Assembly: GCA_017436675.1 (NCBI GenBank)
Contig: JAFSCS010000031.1
Coordinates: 638 to 64,637, forward strand
Reading direction: 5' to 3'
Source: Clostridia bacterium
Lineage (GTDB): Bacteria; Bacillota; Clostridia; Oscillospirales; CAG-382
DNA: 64,000 nucleotides
Below are positions 9,797-20,364 of this stretch, piece by piece. Each line of letters opens with the position of its first letter. The first letter of the stretch is position 1. The notes below the pieces were generated by a model, which worked only from the letters and a program-made list of their open reading frames with translations, searched no databases and was not told the DNA's origin. The position numbers and the translations under genes were made by a program.

Positions 9797-12001
9797 ATGA
9801 AACCTATAGTTAATACATCGTGGCTGAAGCGAAACGAATTGAAGCTCCGCTTTCCCGAAGATGCGAGGGAATCGGACGTTTATTTCGCATACAGTCTGAA
9901 TAAAAACAACGAATTGATTGTCGGTGTGTGTTGCTATAATGACGGTGTGCTCTATCGGACCGACACCGAGAGCGAGGAGGTATATACCTTGTCGCTTGGA
10001 GATATAAAGTCGGTCAGATGTGTGACCTACGTTGGATGTATCGCGTTCGAATACACCGATATGAACGACGTTGAGTGGGAGCTTTGCCGTGCAGGGATGG
10101 AATGTCGCTTGATGATGCAGAATGCCGCGAAGCAGATCGAGGTAATAAAAGAGGGAAGAACACCGCCAAAAACGGTCGAGAACCTCGAGCTTTGTTGCCC
10201 GAAATGCGGCGCACCGTATCGAAGCGGCTCGAACATCTGTCTCGAATGCTCGGACAAGAAGGGAATGATAAAGCGAATACTTCCGTATGCCGCGCCGTAT
10301 TGGAAGCCGCTTCTTTTCTCGATCCTTCTCTACTTCGCGACGACGGGTGTTGCACTCATCACTCCGAGGATCAACAAAATACTTATCGACGATTATATCA
10401 AAGCGGAGGCAACTCCACTTCTTGGCGGCTTTATTGCCGTAATATTGGCGCTCGTCGGCGTCAGCCTCTTTAACGTTATTTCGGGAGTGATCCGAAATAT
10501 CCTGATAGTTAAGGTGGGAAACAATATTTCATCCGAGCTCAAGGATGCACTTTTCAAAAAGGTGCAGCAGCTTTCCGTTGCGGGTATCTCACGCCGCTCG
10601 GCAGGTGAGCTGATAACGCGAATAACGAGCGACACGGTATCGATGATGGAGCTTTTGACCGACACGATGCCGACACTAATACAGCAATCGCTCGTGTTCA
10701 TCGGTGTTGGAGTGATGATGTTCTCTATGAACTGGCAGCTCACACTTCTGATCATCTTCCCGATGCCGTTTATAATGTTTTTCTTCTTCTCAACGAGAAG
10801 ATATATCAACCGCCGTTACCACAGACAATGGCAAAGCGAATCCGAGGCAAACACAGTGCTTCACGATATTTTCCAAGGTATCCGCGTTGTCAAGGTGTTC
10901 GGTATGGAGGAATATGAAGCGAAGCGATTCGACAAGCAGATAAAGAAGATTTCCGAGATATCGGCGTCAAACGAGGTGTTCTGGCAACTCATTATGCCAC
11001 CGATAAACCTCTTGATGAGCATCGGTGAGTTCTTCATCCTCGCGTATGCGGGCTCGAAGATCATCGACGGCACGATGACGCTCGGTGATATGCAGGTATT
11101 CTTGTCCTATGCGGCGATGCTCTACGGTCCGTTGCGCTGGATCTCGTTCCTGCCGAGACGACTCACACGTCAGCTCACCTCGGCACAAAAGGTATTCGAG
11201 ATAATGGACGAAAAGATCGATATGGTCGACCTCGACGATTCGATCGAACGCGAGATAGATGGCGACATAACGCTCAAAAACGCATATTTCGGATATGACA
11301 AGGGCGAATACGTTCTGAAGGACATCAGCCTCGAGGTGAAGCAGGGCGAGATGCTCGGCATCGTCGGACGAAGCGGCGTTGGTAAGAGTACGCTTATAAA
11401 CCTCGTTATGCGTCTGTATGACTTGGACGAAGGTAACCTTTTGATCGACGATATCGATATTCGCGATTACTCACAACATTGTTTGCGCAGCCAGATCGGT
11501 GTCGTGTTGCAGGAAACGTTCTTGTTCAAGGGAACGCTCTATAAAAATATAGCATACGCCAACCCGAACGCGACGCCCGATGAGGTCATCAAGGCGGCGA
11601 AGCTTGCGAACGCACATCAGTTTATTATGAAGCTGCCCGACGGCTATAATACGATGGTAGGCGAGCGCGGACAAACGCTTTCGGGCGGTGAACGTCAACG
11701 TATCGCGATCGCGCGTGCGGTGCTCAGAAACCCGAAGATATTGATACTTGACGAGGCGACCGCGTCGCTCGACACCGAGACGGAAAAGCTTATCCAAGAC
11801 TCCGTTGCGGCGTTGACGAAGGATAGAACGACGCTTGCGATAGCGCATAGACTCTCGACACTTCGTAATTGCACGAAGCTCATCGTGCTCGAAAAAGGAA
11901 AGATCGAGGAGATGGGCAGCCACGACGAGCTGATGCGTAAGCAGGGCAGATACTTCGATCTCGTAATGGCTCAACGCCAGATCTCAAAATTCAAGAAATA
12001 G
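9797..12001 (+). CDS. ABC exporter (TMD+NBD), second half-transporter with N-terminal extension
   Basis: GRSGVGKST, LSGGERQR, LDEAT; CPKC..CLEC. Confidence 0.9.
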   Translation: MKPIVNTSWLKRNELKLRFPEDARESDVYFAYSLNKNNELIVGVCCYNDGVLYRTDTESEEVYTLSLGDIKSVRCVTYVGCIAFEYTDMNDVEWELCRAGMECRLMMQNAAKQIEVIKEGRTPPKTVENLELCCPKCGAPYRSGSNICLECSDKKGMIKRILPYAAPYWKPLLFSILLYFATTGVALITPRINKILIDDYIKAEATPLLGGFIAVILALVGVSLFNVISGVIRNILIVKVGNNISSELKDALFKKVQQLSVAGISRRSAGELITRITSDTVSMMELLTDTMPTLIQQSLVFIGVGVMMFSMNWQLTLLIIFPMPFIMFFFFSTRRYINRRYHRQWQSESEANTVLHDIFQGIRVVKVFGMEEYEAKRFDKQIKKISEISASNEVFWQLIMPPINLLMSIGEFFILAYAGSKIIDGTMTLGDMQVFLSYAAMLYGPLRWISFLPRRLTRQLTSAQKVFEIMDEKIDMVDLDDSIEREIDGDITLKNAYFGYDKGEYVLKDISLEVKQGEMLGIVGRSGVGKSTLINLVMRLYDLDEGNLLIDDIDIRDYSQHCLRSQIGVVLQETFLFKGTLYKNIAYANPNATPDEVIKAAKLANAHQFIMKLPDGYNTMVGERGQTLSGGERQRIAIARAVLRNPKILILDEATASLDTETEKLIQDSVAALTKDRTTLAIAHRLSTLRNCTKLIVLEKGKIEEMGSHDELMRKQGRYFDLVMAQRQISKFKK

Positions 12002-12083
12002 TTTTTTGATGAGGGGGTGCTTTTTTCGAAAAGCACCCCCTCAAACTCCCCCGAAAAACTCAATATACCGTGAGGCTTGTCAA

Positions 12084-12205
12084 GTGTCGAAACGGCTTCG
12101 TCACCATAGAATTGAAAGTTTCGTCAACCTTTTTAAAGGTTGTGCGGGTCAAGGGGCGCGTTTTTGGCGAAGCCAAAACCCAACACTATTGCTTGCAATA
12201 GTGTG
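12084..12205 (+). repeat. Dispersed multi-hairpin intergenic repeat, copy 2
   Basis: Similar to 2880-3002. Confidence 0.75.
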
Positions 12206-12352
12206 TGAGCTCTCCCTTGAAAGCGACGATGCTGATATGCTTCCATCTTGATTGGAACTGCAATATAGGCGGACGGCTGATGCCGTCCCTTTTTTTCGCT
12301 CATAAAAAAAGACGGCTTTTATAAGCCGTCTTTTGAATTTGTCTGGATAAGG

Positions 12353-13810
12353 TTAAAAATCGACCGAGATGACCTCTCTGATGACGTTGTCCGATGCAAC
12401 GTAGCCGTTGACCGAGATGCTCGCGATGTGGTCGCGTACTCGCTGCTGCTCCTTTTCGCTGAGCATCGAAAGATAGCAGTTTTTCTGCTTCAGCGGAAGC
12501 ATCCTGCTTGTTATCTCGCCGTCGCCGTCTATCTCGACGCTCATCAAGACCGTGTCGCGATCCTTCGCATTGAAAAGATAGTTTCCGATGTTGTAGGCAA
12601 TGAGCTTGCCCTTGTAGAACTCAACGCCTTGGAGATTGTGCGCGTGCGCACCGATTATAACGTCCGCACCGCTGTTTATGTAGTTTTTTCCTTGCTTCCT
12701 GATGATATCTTCGATATACGTTTCGTTCTCCGCACCCCAGTGTACGAAAAGTATAACGATGTCGGAGTTAGCCTTCGCTTCCTCTATCGTTTGGCACATC
12801 ATCGCGTCGTCATAGATACCGAACACCCCGGGAGAAGTCTCGGTCGCTATCGGTGTATGATACACCTTTTCTGCTCTTGAGCCGCAAATATACGCGATCT
12901 TTCTGCCGTTTATGATGTAGTAGAGCGGCTTTCTTGCCTCGTCAACGTCGCGCCCTGCGCCAATGCGCTGAAGTCCCGCGGCGTCCACCGTGTCGAGCGT
13001 GTCGTAAAAGGCAGTTTCACCAAAGTCGAAAACGTGGTTGTTCGCAAGTCCGAGCACGTCGACTCCCATATCGTGATAGATAAAAGTCCTGTTTGTCGGT
13101 GCGCGGAAGGTGTAGGATTTGTTTGGATTTCTCGTGCCTCTGTCACTGAAGCAAAACTCGTTGTTGAGCGTCATAACGTCGAACGCCTTCATCAGCTCGA
13201 CTATCTCGCTGTCCATAATGCCGTCGAGCCCTTTTCCGCGCTCGTAATACGCAGGCCCGATAACGTAGTCGTCGCAAAACGAGAAATCACCGCCAAACCC
13301 GAGCGAGATAAGTCCGCTTTCGGTCTGCCCAAGCTCTATCGAAGTGACACCGTTCATACGTTCACGCAACACGTGGAGCGTGTCGCCCGTTTTGTCGTGC
13401 CAAAGCTCACGAGTGTATGAGCCTTCCTTTAATGAAGCCGTTATCCCTTCAAGTGCACCTCTGCCCTTCGTTTCGCAGACGAATCGTATAAGTTCCTCGG
13501 TGACGAGCGGCTTGTCCTCCTCGGGCAAGAGCCCGATCGATGCGAGTAGCTCCGTGATCGCCGTCTCGTCAAGCTCATCATCGCTGTCCGATACGTCGGA
13601 GCTGCTTTCCGTTTCACTTTCGGCTTCACTCTCCGTCTCGCTTTCAGCCTCGCTCTCCTCGGTTGACGAGGAGTTGAGGCTTTCCTCATCGCTGACGGGT
13701 GCGGAAATGTCGACCGACACCTCGGGACTCACCTCGCAAGCCAAAAGAAAAACCAAGCAAAGACACAAGATCAATGCAAAAACTCTGTGTTTCAAAAAAG
13801 ATCCCCCCAT
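12353..13810 (-). CDS. CapA/PGA_cap-family metallophosphatase-fold lipoprotein
   Basis: Lipobox LLAC, acidic Ser/Glu linker, GGD, LANNHVFDFG, HWG.E, IGAHAH, YNIGN. Confidence 0.85.
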   Translation of the reverse strand: MGGSFLKHRVFALILCLCLVFLLACEVSPEVSVDISAPVSDEESLNSSSTEESEAESETESEAESETESSSDVSDSDDELDETAITELLASIGLLPEEDKPLVTEELIRFVCETKGRGALEGITASLKEGSYTRELWHDKTGDTLHVLRERMNGVTSIELGQTESGLISLGFGGDFSFCDDYVIGPAYYERGKGLDGIMDSEIVELMKAFDVMTLNNEFCFSDRGTRNPNKSYTFRAPTNRTFIYHDMGVDVLGLANNHVFDFGETAFYDTLDTVDAAGLQRIGAGRDVDEARKPLYYIINGRKIAYICGSRAEKVYHTPIATETSPGVFGIYDDAMMCQTIEEAKANSDIVILFVHWGAENETYIEDIIRKQGKNYINSGADVIIGAHAHNLQGVEFYKGKLIAYNIGNYLFNAKDRDTVLMSVEIDGDGEITSRMLPLKQKNCYLSMLSEKEQQRVRDHIASISVNGYVASDNVIREVISVDF

Positions 13811-13822
13811 TCTTTTCTTTAT

Positions 13823-16420
13823 TTATCGTTCGAACACAAGACGCTTGAATTCGTCCCCTCTGTGTTCGAAATTTTTGAATATACCGTAGCTTGCCGCCGC
13901 AGGCGAGAGAAGGCATATCCTTCCCTTCGGCGTAACAGCCTTCGCCACCTTGACGGCTTCCTCAAGCGTCGGTGTTAAGACCGCTCTGCCCGAAAACGAT
14001 TCGTCGTCCTTTATCTGCTCAAAAATACGCCTTCCCGTGTCCGCCATCAAAAGTATATGCTCAACGCTCGACGTCCTCAAAAATTCGATTAGCTCGTCAT
14101 AGTGAAGCCCTCTGTCCATTCCTCCGAGAAGCAAAGTTGCCGTCGTCGGAAGCGACTTGAGTGCGCTGATCACGGTCTCCGATGCCGTCGAGATGGAGTC
14201 GTTGTAATAGATCACACCGTCAACCTCGCCGAGACACTCGAGCCTATGCGGAAGCGGGCGGAAGGTCTTCAAAGCAGCGAAGAATTGCGGCTCACTGACG
14301 TATCGTGAGCACACCGCGTATGCAAACGCGACGTTGAATATATTGTGACTGCCGACGAGCGAGGTCTTCGTCTCGTCGATCGTGAAATATTTTTTGTCGA
14401 ACTTGAAGCCGTGCTCGTCGACGGGAATATCCGCATCCTTGCCGATACAGATCGCCGTATATCTCGGATAGAGATCGACGTGGCAGTAGAGAAGATCGCC
14501 AGACATTTGAAGACGGTAGATGTTTTCCTTCGCCGCCTTGTATTTCTCGAATGAACCGTAGTGGTCGAGATGCTCCTCGTATAGATTGAGGTAAAGCGCA
14601 GTGTGCGGAGCGGTCTTCGCATATTCAAGCTGGTGGGACGATAGCTCCATAACGACGACCGTGTTTTTTTCTACCTTTTCAGCAACGTCAAACGGCGGAA
14701 TTCCGATATTCCCCGCAATAACGGAGTCAACTCCGCTTTCGTGAAGCACGTGATAGATGAGGCTCGTCGTCGTGCTTTTTCCCTTCGTTCCCGTGATGCC
14801 GATGGTGTTGTGTCGGAAATACTGCAAAAACAGCTCGACCTGAGAGAGTATCAATGCCTTCGGTGTGTATTCGAGCACGACACCGGGACTTTTCATAACG
14901 ATGTCAAAATCGTCCATCGCCTTTTGGTAGCCGTCGCCGAAAATATCAACGCCCTCGCCCTCGAATTTGTCGGCAACCGTATAGCTGATACCGAGCTTGT
15001 CGAACAGAGATGCGGTGGACTTGCCCTCACGTCCGTATCCGAGAATAAGCACCTTTCCTCTGACGATGCCCTTTATATATCCGTAAAACGAGCAGCATTT
15101 TTTCAAAACGAGCGGCAAAAGATGGCTCGGGACGTTATGCTCGTTTTCGACGAAGCTGAAGAAGTTGCCCTCGTCGGTGAGATCGACCTTGTTTTTGTAA
15201 TATTCGAGAAGATAGGGAAGTGTTTCGCGCTTTTTGATAGCCTCGAGGATGCTTGCCCTGACCTCGCTTCTGCTTCCGACGCACTCAAACGGCTTTTCGG
15301 GAACGAGCCCGACAAGGCTTTCGAGAACGGGAACGAGCGTTTCGTCGTTCAGTATATCGCATCCGAATATCTCGCTGATCTCCTCGTCGCCGAGGTGGGC
15401 GGAGAGCATCAGCGCAACGAAAAGGCACTTCGGACATTTACCGCACCACGAATCAGTCTTGCTTCCGACGTTACAGCTTCGGAAGATCGGGTGGTATTTT
15501 TTCTGCTCGGCGAACGCCTTCGCGATCTGGTATTCGCTGAGCGGACGCAAAAGTGAGAAGTAATAAACACCGCTTGCGATATATTTTTTCTCATATTCGA
15601 AGAAATCGCGCTCAAATTCATAGCTCTTCGAATATTGATGGTTGACCTTGGAGTTCGGAACGGTAGATTCGTTCGCACTCGATTCGTTCGAGAGGGCGAC
15701 GTATTTCTTTCCGTTCAGGTATGCAAGGAGCACGGTCGAAAACGCAACGACAGCGGAAAACGGAGTGTGTCCGTTGAGAAAGCCCTTTTTGTTGAGCTCG
15801 AGCATGTTTTTGTCGAGCGTGCGCTTGACGTGCAGCGCCCCTCTGCCCGATACCTCGATGCACCGATCCGTTGCGCCTCTGGAGTTGATAACGGCACAGT
15901 CAACGTCGTCGAAATTTTTCAAAAGCTCGAGAGTGAGAGCCGAGTCCTTGCCTCCGCCGACGGGAACGAGATATCCGCAAAGCTCATTCTTCGGTGCGGT
16001 CTCGGAAAAACCGTCACCCGTGAACACAAGCTCCATAAAATCATCCTCGGTGCAAACGATCCCGTTTACGTGGAAAAATTCGCCAAGCCCGTTGTAGTAG
16101 AGCTTTTTCCACCAAGATATCGCCTCGTCGTCAAGATGAGCACATTTCACGTTGACTTTTTTCGGGCAACACGTTTTCCAATAGCTGACGAGCTCAACGA
16201 GTCCGAGCGAGAAAACGAGCTTTTTCACCGTTTCATCGACCATTGCATCGGCTTTTTTCGGGATGACGTAAGTCGGTGCAAACGAGCATAGCCCATCGAC
16301 AGAAAAATCATATTTTATGGATAACGAGTCGCCGTTGTCGGTGACGTCGTATCCGTTATAATTAAAAACAGGGTAAATATTCCTCAATTCATCGTATCTG
16401 TTCAATTTCACATACTCCAA
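13823..16420 (-). CDS. MurL-like glycopeptidyl-glutamate epimerase fused to MurD(2) ligase (exact start uncertain, 16405-16420)
   Basis: N-half: GGGKDS, SNESSANE, NHQYSKS, RSCN..WCGKCPKC, KPFECVG. C-half: KSPG, ITGTKGKSTT, ELSSHQL, HRLE, NDSIST, LLSPAAASY. Confidence 0.8.
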   Translation of the reverse strand: MEYVKLNRYDELRNIYPVFNYNGYDVTDNGDSLSIKYDFSVDGLCSFAPTYVIPKKADAMVDETVKKLVFSLGLVELVSYWKTCCPKKVNVKCAHLDDEAISWWKKLYYNGLGEFFHVNGIVCTEDDFMELVFTGDGFSETAPKNELCGYLVPVGGGKDSALTLELLKNFDDVDCAVINSRGATDRCIEVSGRGALHVKRTLDKNMLELNKKGFLNGHTPFSAVVAFSTVLLAYLNGKKYVALSNESSANESTVPNSKVNHQYSKSYEFERDFFEYEKKYIASGVYYFSLLRPLSEYQIAKAFAEQKKYHPIFRSCNVGSKTDSWCGKCPKCLFVALMLSAHLGDEEISEIFGCDILNDETLVPVLESLVGLVPEKPFECVGSRSEVRASILEAIKKRETLPYLLEYYKNKVDLTDEGNFFSFVENEHNVPSHLLPLVLKKCCSFYGYIKGIVRGKVLILGYGREGKSTASLFDKLGISYTVADKFEGEGVDIFGDGYQKAMDDFDIVMKSPGVVLEYTPKALILSQVELFLQYFRHNTIGITGTKGKSTTTSLIYHVLHESGVDSVIAGNIGIPPFDVAEKVEKNTVVVMELSSHQLEYAKTAPHTALYLNLYEEHLDHYGSFEKYKAAKENIYRLQMSGDLLYCHVDLYPRYTAICIGKDADIPVDEHGFKFDKKYFTIDETKTSLVGSHNIFNVAFAYAVCSRYVSEPQFFAALKTFRPLPHRLECLGEVDGVIYYNDSISTASETVISALKSLPTTATLLLGGMDRGLHYDELIEFLRTSSVEHILLMADTGRRIFEQIKDDESFSGRAVLTPTLEEAVKVAKAVTPKGRICLLSPAAASYGIFKNFEHRGDEFKRLVFER

Positions 16421-16513
16421 AATAAGTTATACTATTATTATACACAATAAGTGTTTTTTTGCAAGTGGAAAATAAGAAACGCCAAAGCGGCAACCTCGGC
16501 GTTTTCTCAAATA

Positions 16514-17929
16514 TTAAACAATTTGCTCCACCTTGATGGTGTTGGTGTTTCCCGATCGTCCGTTGATCGGACCTGCCGTCAAAACGACGTTGTCTCCGCT
16601 TTTCAATTCGAGCGCGAGCTTTGCGCATTCCATCGCTTTATAGAACATAACGTCAACGGAAACGAATTGCTCCGAGAGCATCGGCTTTACGCCCCAACTG
16701 AGCGCAAGCTTCCTCCAGACCTTTTTGTCGGTAGTCATACCGATGATATCGACGGGGCTGCGGAATCTGCTGACCATACGAGCCGTCGTTCCCGAAACGG
16801 AGTTGACAACGATCGCCTTTGCGCCGACGTCGATCGACATCGCGCAGGTGGCGTGGGAGATCGCATCAAGCGTATTTTTTATGCGGAATTCATAGGTAGT
16901 AAACCGTTTTTCATAGCTGATGTGTTGCTCTGTGAACTCGCATATCTGCGCCATATTGTGAACTGCTTCAACAGGGTATTTTCCCGCCGCAGATTCACCC
17001 GAAAGCATAACCGCAGAAGTACCGTCATATACGGCGTTGGCAACGTCCGATATCTCTGCTCTCGTGGGGCGCGGGTTTTGGATCATCGATTCGAGCATCT
17101 CCGTTGCGGTGATAACTCTTTTGCCGAGCATACGGCATTTGCTGATGAGATGCTTTTGCACCGAAGGGACCTTGACGAACGGTATCTCAACGCCGAGGTC
17201 TCCTCTCGCGATCATAATGCCCTCACAAGCCTCGCAAATATCCTCGATATTATCAACGCCCGCTTGGTTTTCGATCTTCGCGATGATCTCAATATTCTTT
17301 CCGCCGTTGCTGTCAAGAAGCTCGCGTATTGCCAAAACGTCGGATTTCGTTGATACAAACGATGCCGCAACAAAATCAACGTCGTTTTCGATCCCAAAAA
17401 GTATATCTGCCTTGTCCTGCTCCGAAAGATACGGACCTGACATCACCTTGTTCGGAAACGACATACTTTTACGGTTCGATAGCGTACCGCCGATAAGCGT
17501 CGTGCATATCGCGTCGGTATTTGTCAGCTCCTTGACCTCAAAAACAACGAGTCCGTTGTTGACAAGTATCTTGTCTCCGACTTTTATATCTTTAATAAGC
17601 CCCGCGTAGCTGACCGAAACACGCGATCCGTCACCTTCGACGTCTTTTGTCGTAAAGGTGAATTCGCTTCCCGTGGGGATATCGACGCTGCCGCCGACAA
17701 AGGTTTTGATCCTGTATTCGGGTCCTTTGGTGTCGAGCATTATCGGTATCGGTTGACCGAGCCTTTCGCGAACTCTTTTTATCAGATCTATTTTTTCCTT
17801 GTGCTCCTCGTGTGTTCCGTGGGAAAAATTGAGACGTGCAACGTTCATTCCCGCGAGGATCATTTTTTCCAACACCTCCTCGGTCGCGCTTGACGGACCG
17901 ATGGTGCATATTATTTTTGTTTTTCTCAT
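16514..17929 (-). CDS. pyk: Pyruvate kinase
   Basis: RKTKIICTIGP, ARLNFSHG, IAKIEN, ARGDLGVE, MLSGESA. Confidence 0.97.
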   Translation of the reverse strand: MRKTKIICTIGPSSATEEVLEKMILAGMNVARLNFSHGTHEEHKEKIDLIKRVRERLGQPIPIMLDTKGPEYRIKTFVGGSVDIPTGSEFTFTTKDVEGDGSRVSVSYAGLIKDIKVGDKILVNNGLVVFEVKELTNTDAICTTLIGGTLSNRKSMSFPNKVMSGPYLSEQDKADILFGIENDVDFVAASFVSTKSDVLAIRELLDSNGGKNIEIIAKIENQAGVDNIEDICEACEGIMIARGDLGVEIPFVKVPSVQKHLISKCRMLGKRVITATEMLESMIQNPRPTRAEISDVANAVYDGTSAVMLSGESAAGKYPVEAVHNMAQICEFTEQHISYEKRFTTYEFRIKNTLDAISHATCAMSIDVGAKAIVVNSVSGTTARMVSRFRSPVDIIGMTTDKKVWRKLALSWGVKPMLSEQFVSVDVMFYKAMECAKLALELKSGDNVVLTAGPINGRSGNTNTIKVEQIV

Positions 17930-18013
17930 TAATAAGACCTCCGTGCTTCTTTTGGTATTATACTATTGTGTCTTCACTTTTTCAAGCACAAAAACAGCAA
18001 AGATTTCATCGCC

Positions 18014-18919
18014 TCAATCATCGTTGCCCTCAAGCAGATATTTCTCGAGCTCGCGCGCGGCGATGCTGAGCGGTCTTTCTCTGTCCTTGACGAGACAGAA
18101 CCACCGTGGCGGTATCTCGTCGCGGAGCGGTATGTTGTATATCTCACCCTTTTCGATAAATTCGCCCGCAAAGATATCGGGCAAAAACCCGAGCCCGAAA
18201 TCGTTTTTTATCAGTGGGAGTATCTGGTCCGTCGTCGCGACCTCCATATCGGGAAGCACGGAGACGCCGCGCTCCGAAAAGTACGTGTTGAAGAATTCAT
18301 ACGTCTTCGTCGTTTTTCCGAGCCCGATATACGGATATGACGACATCTGCTCGAGATCGAACGGCTCGGCGCAAAGATGACGGAATTTCGGTCCGCCGAC
18401 GAAAAGCTCACGAAAGGATTTCAGCCTCGTTTCCTTCAGCGGACGCGAAACGCCCGTCGGCGTCGTTACAACGCAAAAATCAACGAGTCCGCTCTTGAGC
18501 GCGGCGATCGCTTGCGGTGTCGAGTGGTTTGAGATGTGTATTTTTATTCCGGGGTACGATTTCATAAAACGCTTCAACGTCGGAATGATAATTCCGTGAA
18601 GCGCCGTTTCGCTCGCTCCGACGGTAACCGTACCGCTCTCAAGCCCCTTGCCCGCCGTCAGCTCCTCCTCGGCGCTGTGGATATGCTCGTAAGCGAGAGA
18701 GATGTGCTCGAAGAGCCGCTCTCCCTCGGGTGTTAACGACACACCCTTGTTCGTCCTCACAAACAGAACGCACCCAAGCTCGTTTTCGAGATTCTTGATC
18801 GCTCTCGTGATGTTCGGTTGGCTTCCGAGTAAAACGTTCGCCGCTTGGCTGAAGCTCCCGTATTTCGCAACGTAATAAAATATCCGATAATAATCGTAGC
18901 TTATATACATATCCTTCAT
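18014..18919 (-). CDS. LysR-family transcriptional regulator
   Basis: FYYVAKYGSFSQAA..L..SQPNITRAIKNLE.ELG..LF.RT..GV.LT. Confidence 0.92.
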   Translation of the reverse strand: MKDMYISYDYYRIFYYVAKYGSFSQAANVLLGSQPNITRAIKNLENELGCVLFVRTNKGVSLTPEGERLFEHISLAYEHIHSAEEELTAGKGLESGTVTVGASETALHGIIIPTLKRFMKSYPGIKIHISNHSTPQAIAALKSGLVDFCVVTTPTGVSRPLKETRLKSFRELFVGGPKFRHLCAEPFDLEQMSSYPYIGLGKTTKTYEFFNTYFSERGVSVLPDMEVATTDQILPLIKNDFGLGFLPDIFAGEFIEKGEIYNIPLRDEIPPRWFCLVKDRERPLSIAARELEKYLLEGNDD

Positions 18920-19050
18920 CCTTGTTCATATCAAAATCATATAGCTGTAATAATAAATATATATTTTACATATCGCTCTGATGGTATTATACTGTAGCAG
19001 TACGAAAAAGTAAATAGCTTTTTTAAATTTTTTTATCGGAGAATGGTCCA

Positions 19051-20331
19051 ATGCAGTACGTAAATATGACAAAAGAACAGCTCAAGCTTGAGCTTGAAAA
19101 ATATAATGCCGAAATGAACGCCTTGAAGGAGAAGGGCTTGAAGCTCGATCTCTCAAGAGGTAAGCCGTCGAAGGAGCAGCTCGACCTTTCGATGCCGATG
19201 CTGAACGTGATCAACTCGCGCTCCGTGATGGATTCCGAAAACGGAGTCGATTGCCGTAACTACGGCGGACTCGACGGTATCCCCGAGGCGAAAAGACTTC
19301 TCGCCGATATGCTCTCAACGAGAAGCGAAAACGTCCTCGTCAGCGACAACTCCAGCCTTTCGTTGATGTTCTCGCTCGTTTCTCACGGTATGCTCGAGGG
19401 AATTATGGGTGAAACACCGTGGTACGAGGTGAAAAACAGAAAATTCCTTTGCCCCGTCCCCGGATATGACCGCCATTTCGCGATCACCGAGCATTTCGGA
19501 TTTGAGCTTATTTCCGTGCCGATGAACGAAGAAGGTCCCGATATGGACGTTGTTGAACGACTCGTGTCAAGCGATGATTCGATAAAGGGTATCTGGTGCG
19601 TTCCGATGTATTCCAACCCGACGGGTATCGTGTTTAGCGATGAGACGGTGAAGAGATTTGCACACCTGAAGCCGAAGGCGAAGGATTTCAGGATCTTCTG
19701 GGATAACGCATATTGTGTCCACAGCCTCTACCCCGACGATAACGTCAAATTCCCCGATATCCTCGAGGAATGCGCAAAGGCAGGGAATGCGGATATGGTC
19801 TATGAGTTCTGCTCGACGAGTAAGATCTCGTTCCCGGGCGACGGCATCTCCGCTCTTGCAACGAGCGTCGCCAACCTCATCGACGTTAAAAACTTTATGA
19901 AATTCTCGACGATCGGCCCCGATAAGCTCAACCAGCTCCGCCACGCGAGATATTTCAAAAACCTCGCAGGTATCAAAGCACATATGGCGAAGCACGCCGA
20001 TATAATGCGTCCGAAATTCGAAAAGGTGCTCGAGATCCTCGCGCGCGAGCTTGAAGGCACGGGCATCGCAAGCTGGACGAAGCCGAGAGGCGGATATTTC
20101 CTCTCGTTCGATACGATGAACGGATGCGCGGCGAAGGTGGTCGCGCTTTGCAAAGAAGCAGGCGTCGTGTTCACGGGTGCCGGTGCAACGCATCCCTATG
20201 GCGTCGATCCCGAGGATAAGAATATCAGAATAGCACCCTCATTCGCAACGCTCGACGAGATCGATACCGCAGCAAGTCTATTTTGCCTCGCTGTGAAGAT
20301 CGTTTCGCTCGAAAAGCTGATCGCAGAATAA
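19051..20331 (+). CDS. PLP-dependent aminotransferase class I/II (aspartate aminotransferase-like)
   Basis: LDLSRGKP, CPVPGYDRHF, YSNPTG, WDNAY, STSKISFPG, IRIAPS. Confidence 0.88.
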   Translation: MQYVNMTKEQLKLELEKYNAEMNALKEKGLKLDLSRGKPSKEQLDLSMPMLNVINSRSVMDSENGVDCRNYGGLDGIPEAKRLLADMLSTRSENVLVSDNSSLSLMFSLVSHGMLEGIMGETPWYEVKNRKFLCPVPGYDRHFAITEHFGFELISVPMNEEGPDMDVVERLVSSDDSIKGIWCVPMYSNPTGIVFSDETVKRFAHLKPKAKDFRIFWDNAYCVHSLYPDDNVKFPDILEECAKAGNADMVYEFCSTSKISFPGDGISALATSVANLIDVKNFMKFSTIGPDKLNQLRHARYFKNLAGIKAHMAKHADIMRPKFEKVLEILARELEGTGIASWTKPRGGYFLSFDTMNGCAAKVVALCKEAGVVFTGAGATHPYGVDPEDKNIRIAPSFATLDEIDTAASLFCLAVKIVSLEKLIAE

Positions 20332-20364
20332 TAAATACCAACCGCAGAAATCTTTCTGCGGTTT

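Noticed and set aside
13560-13690. Ser/Glu low-complexity repeat in the CapA gene
   Set aside because: Ordinary disordered lipoprotein linker.
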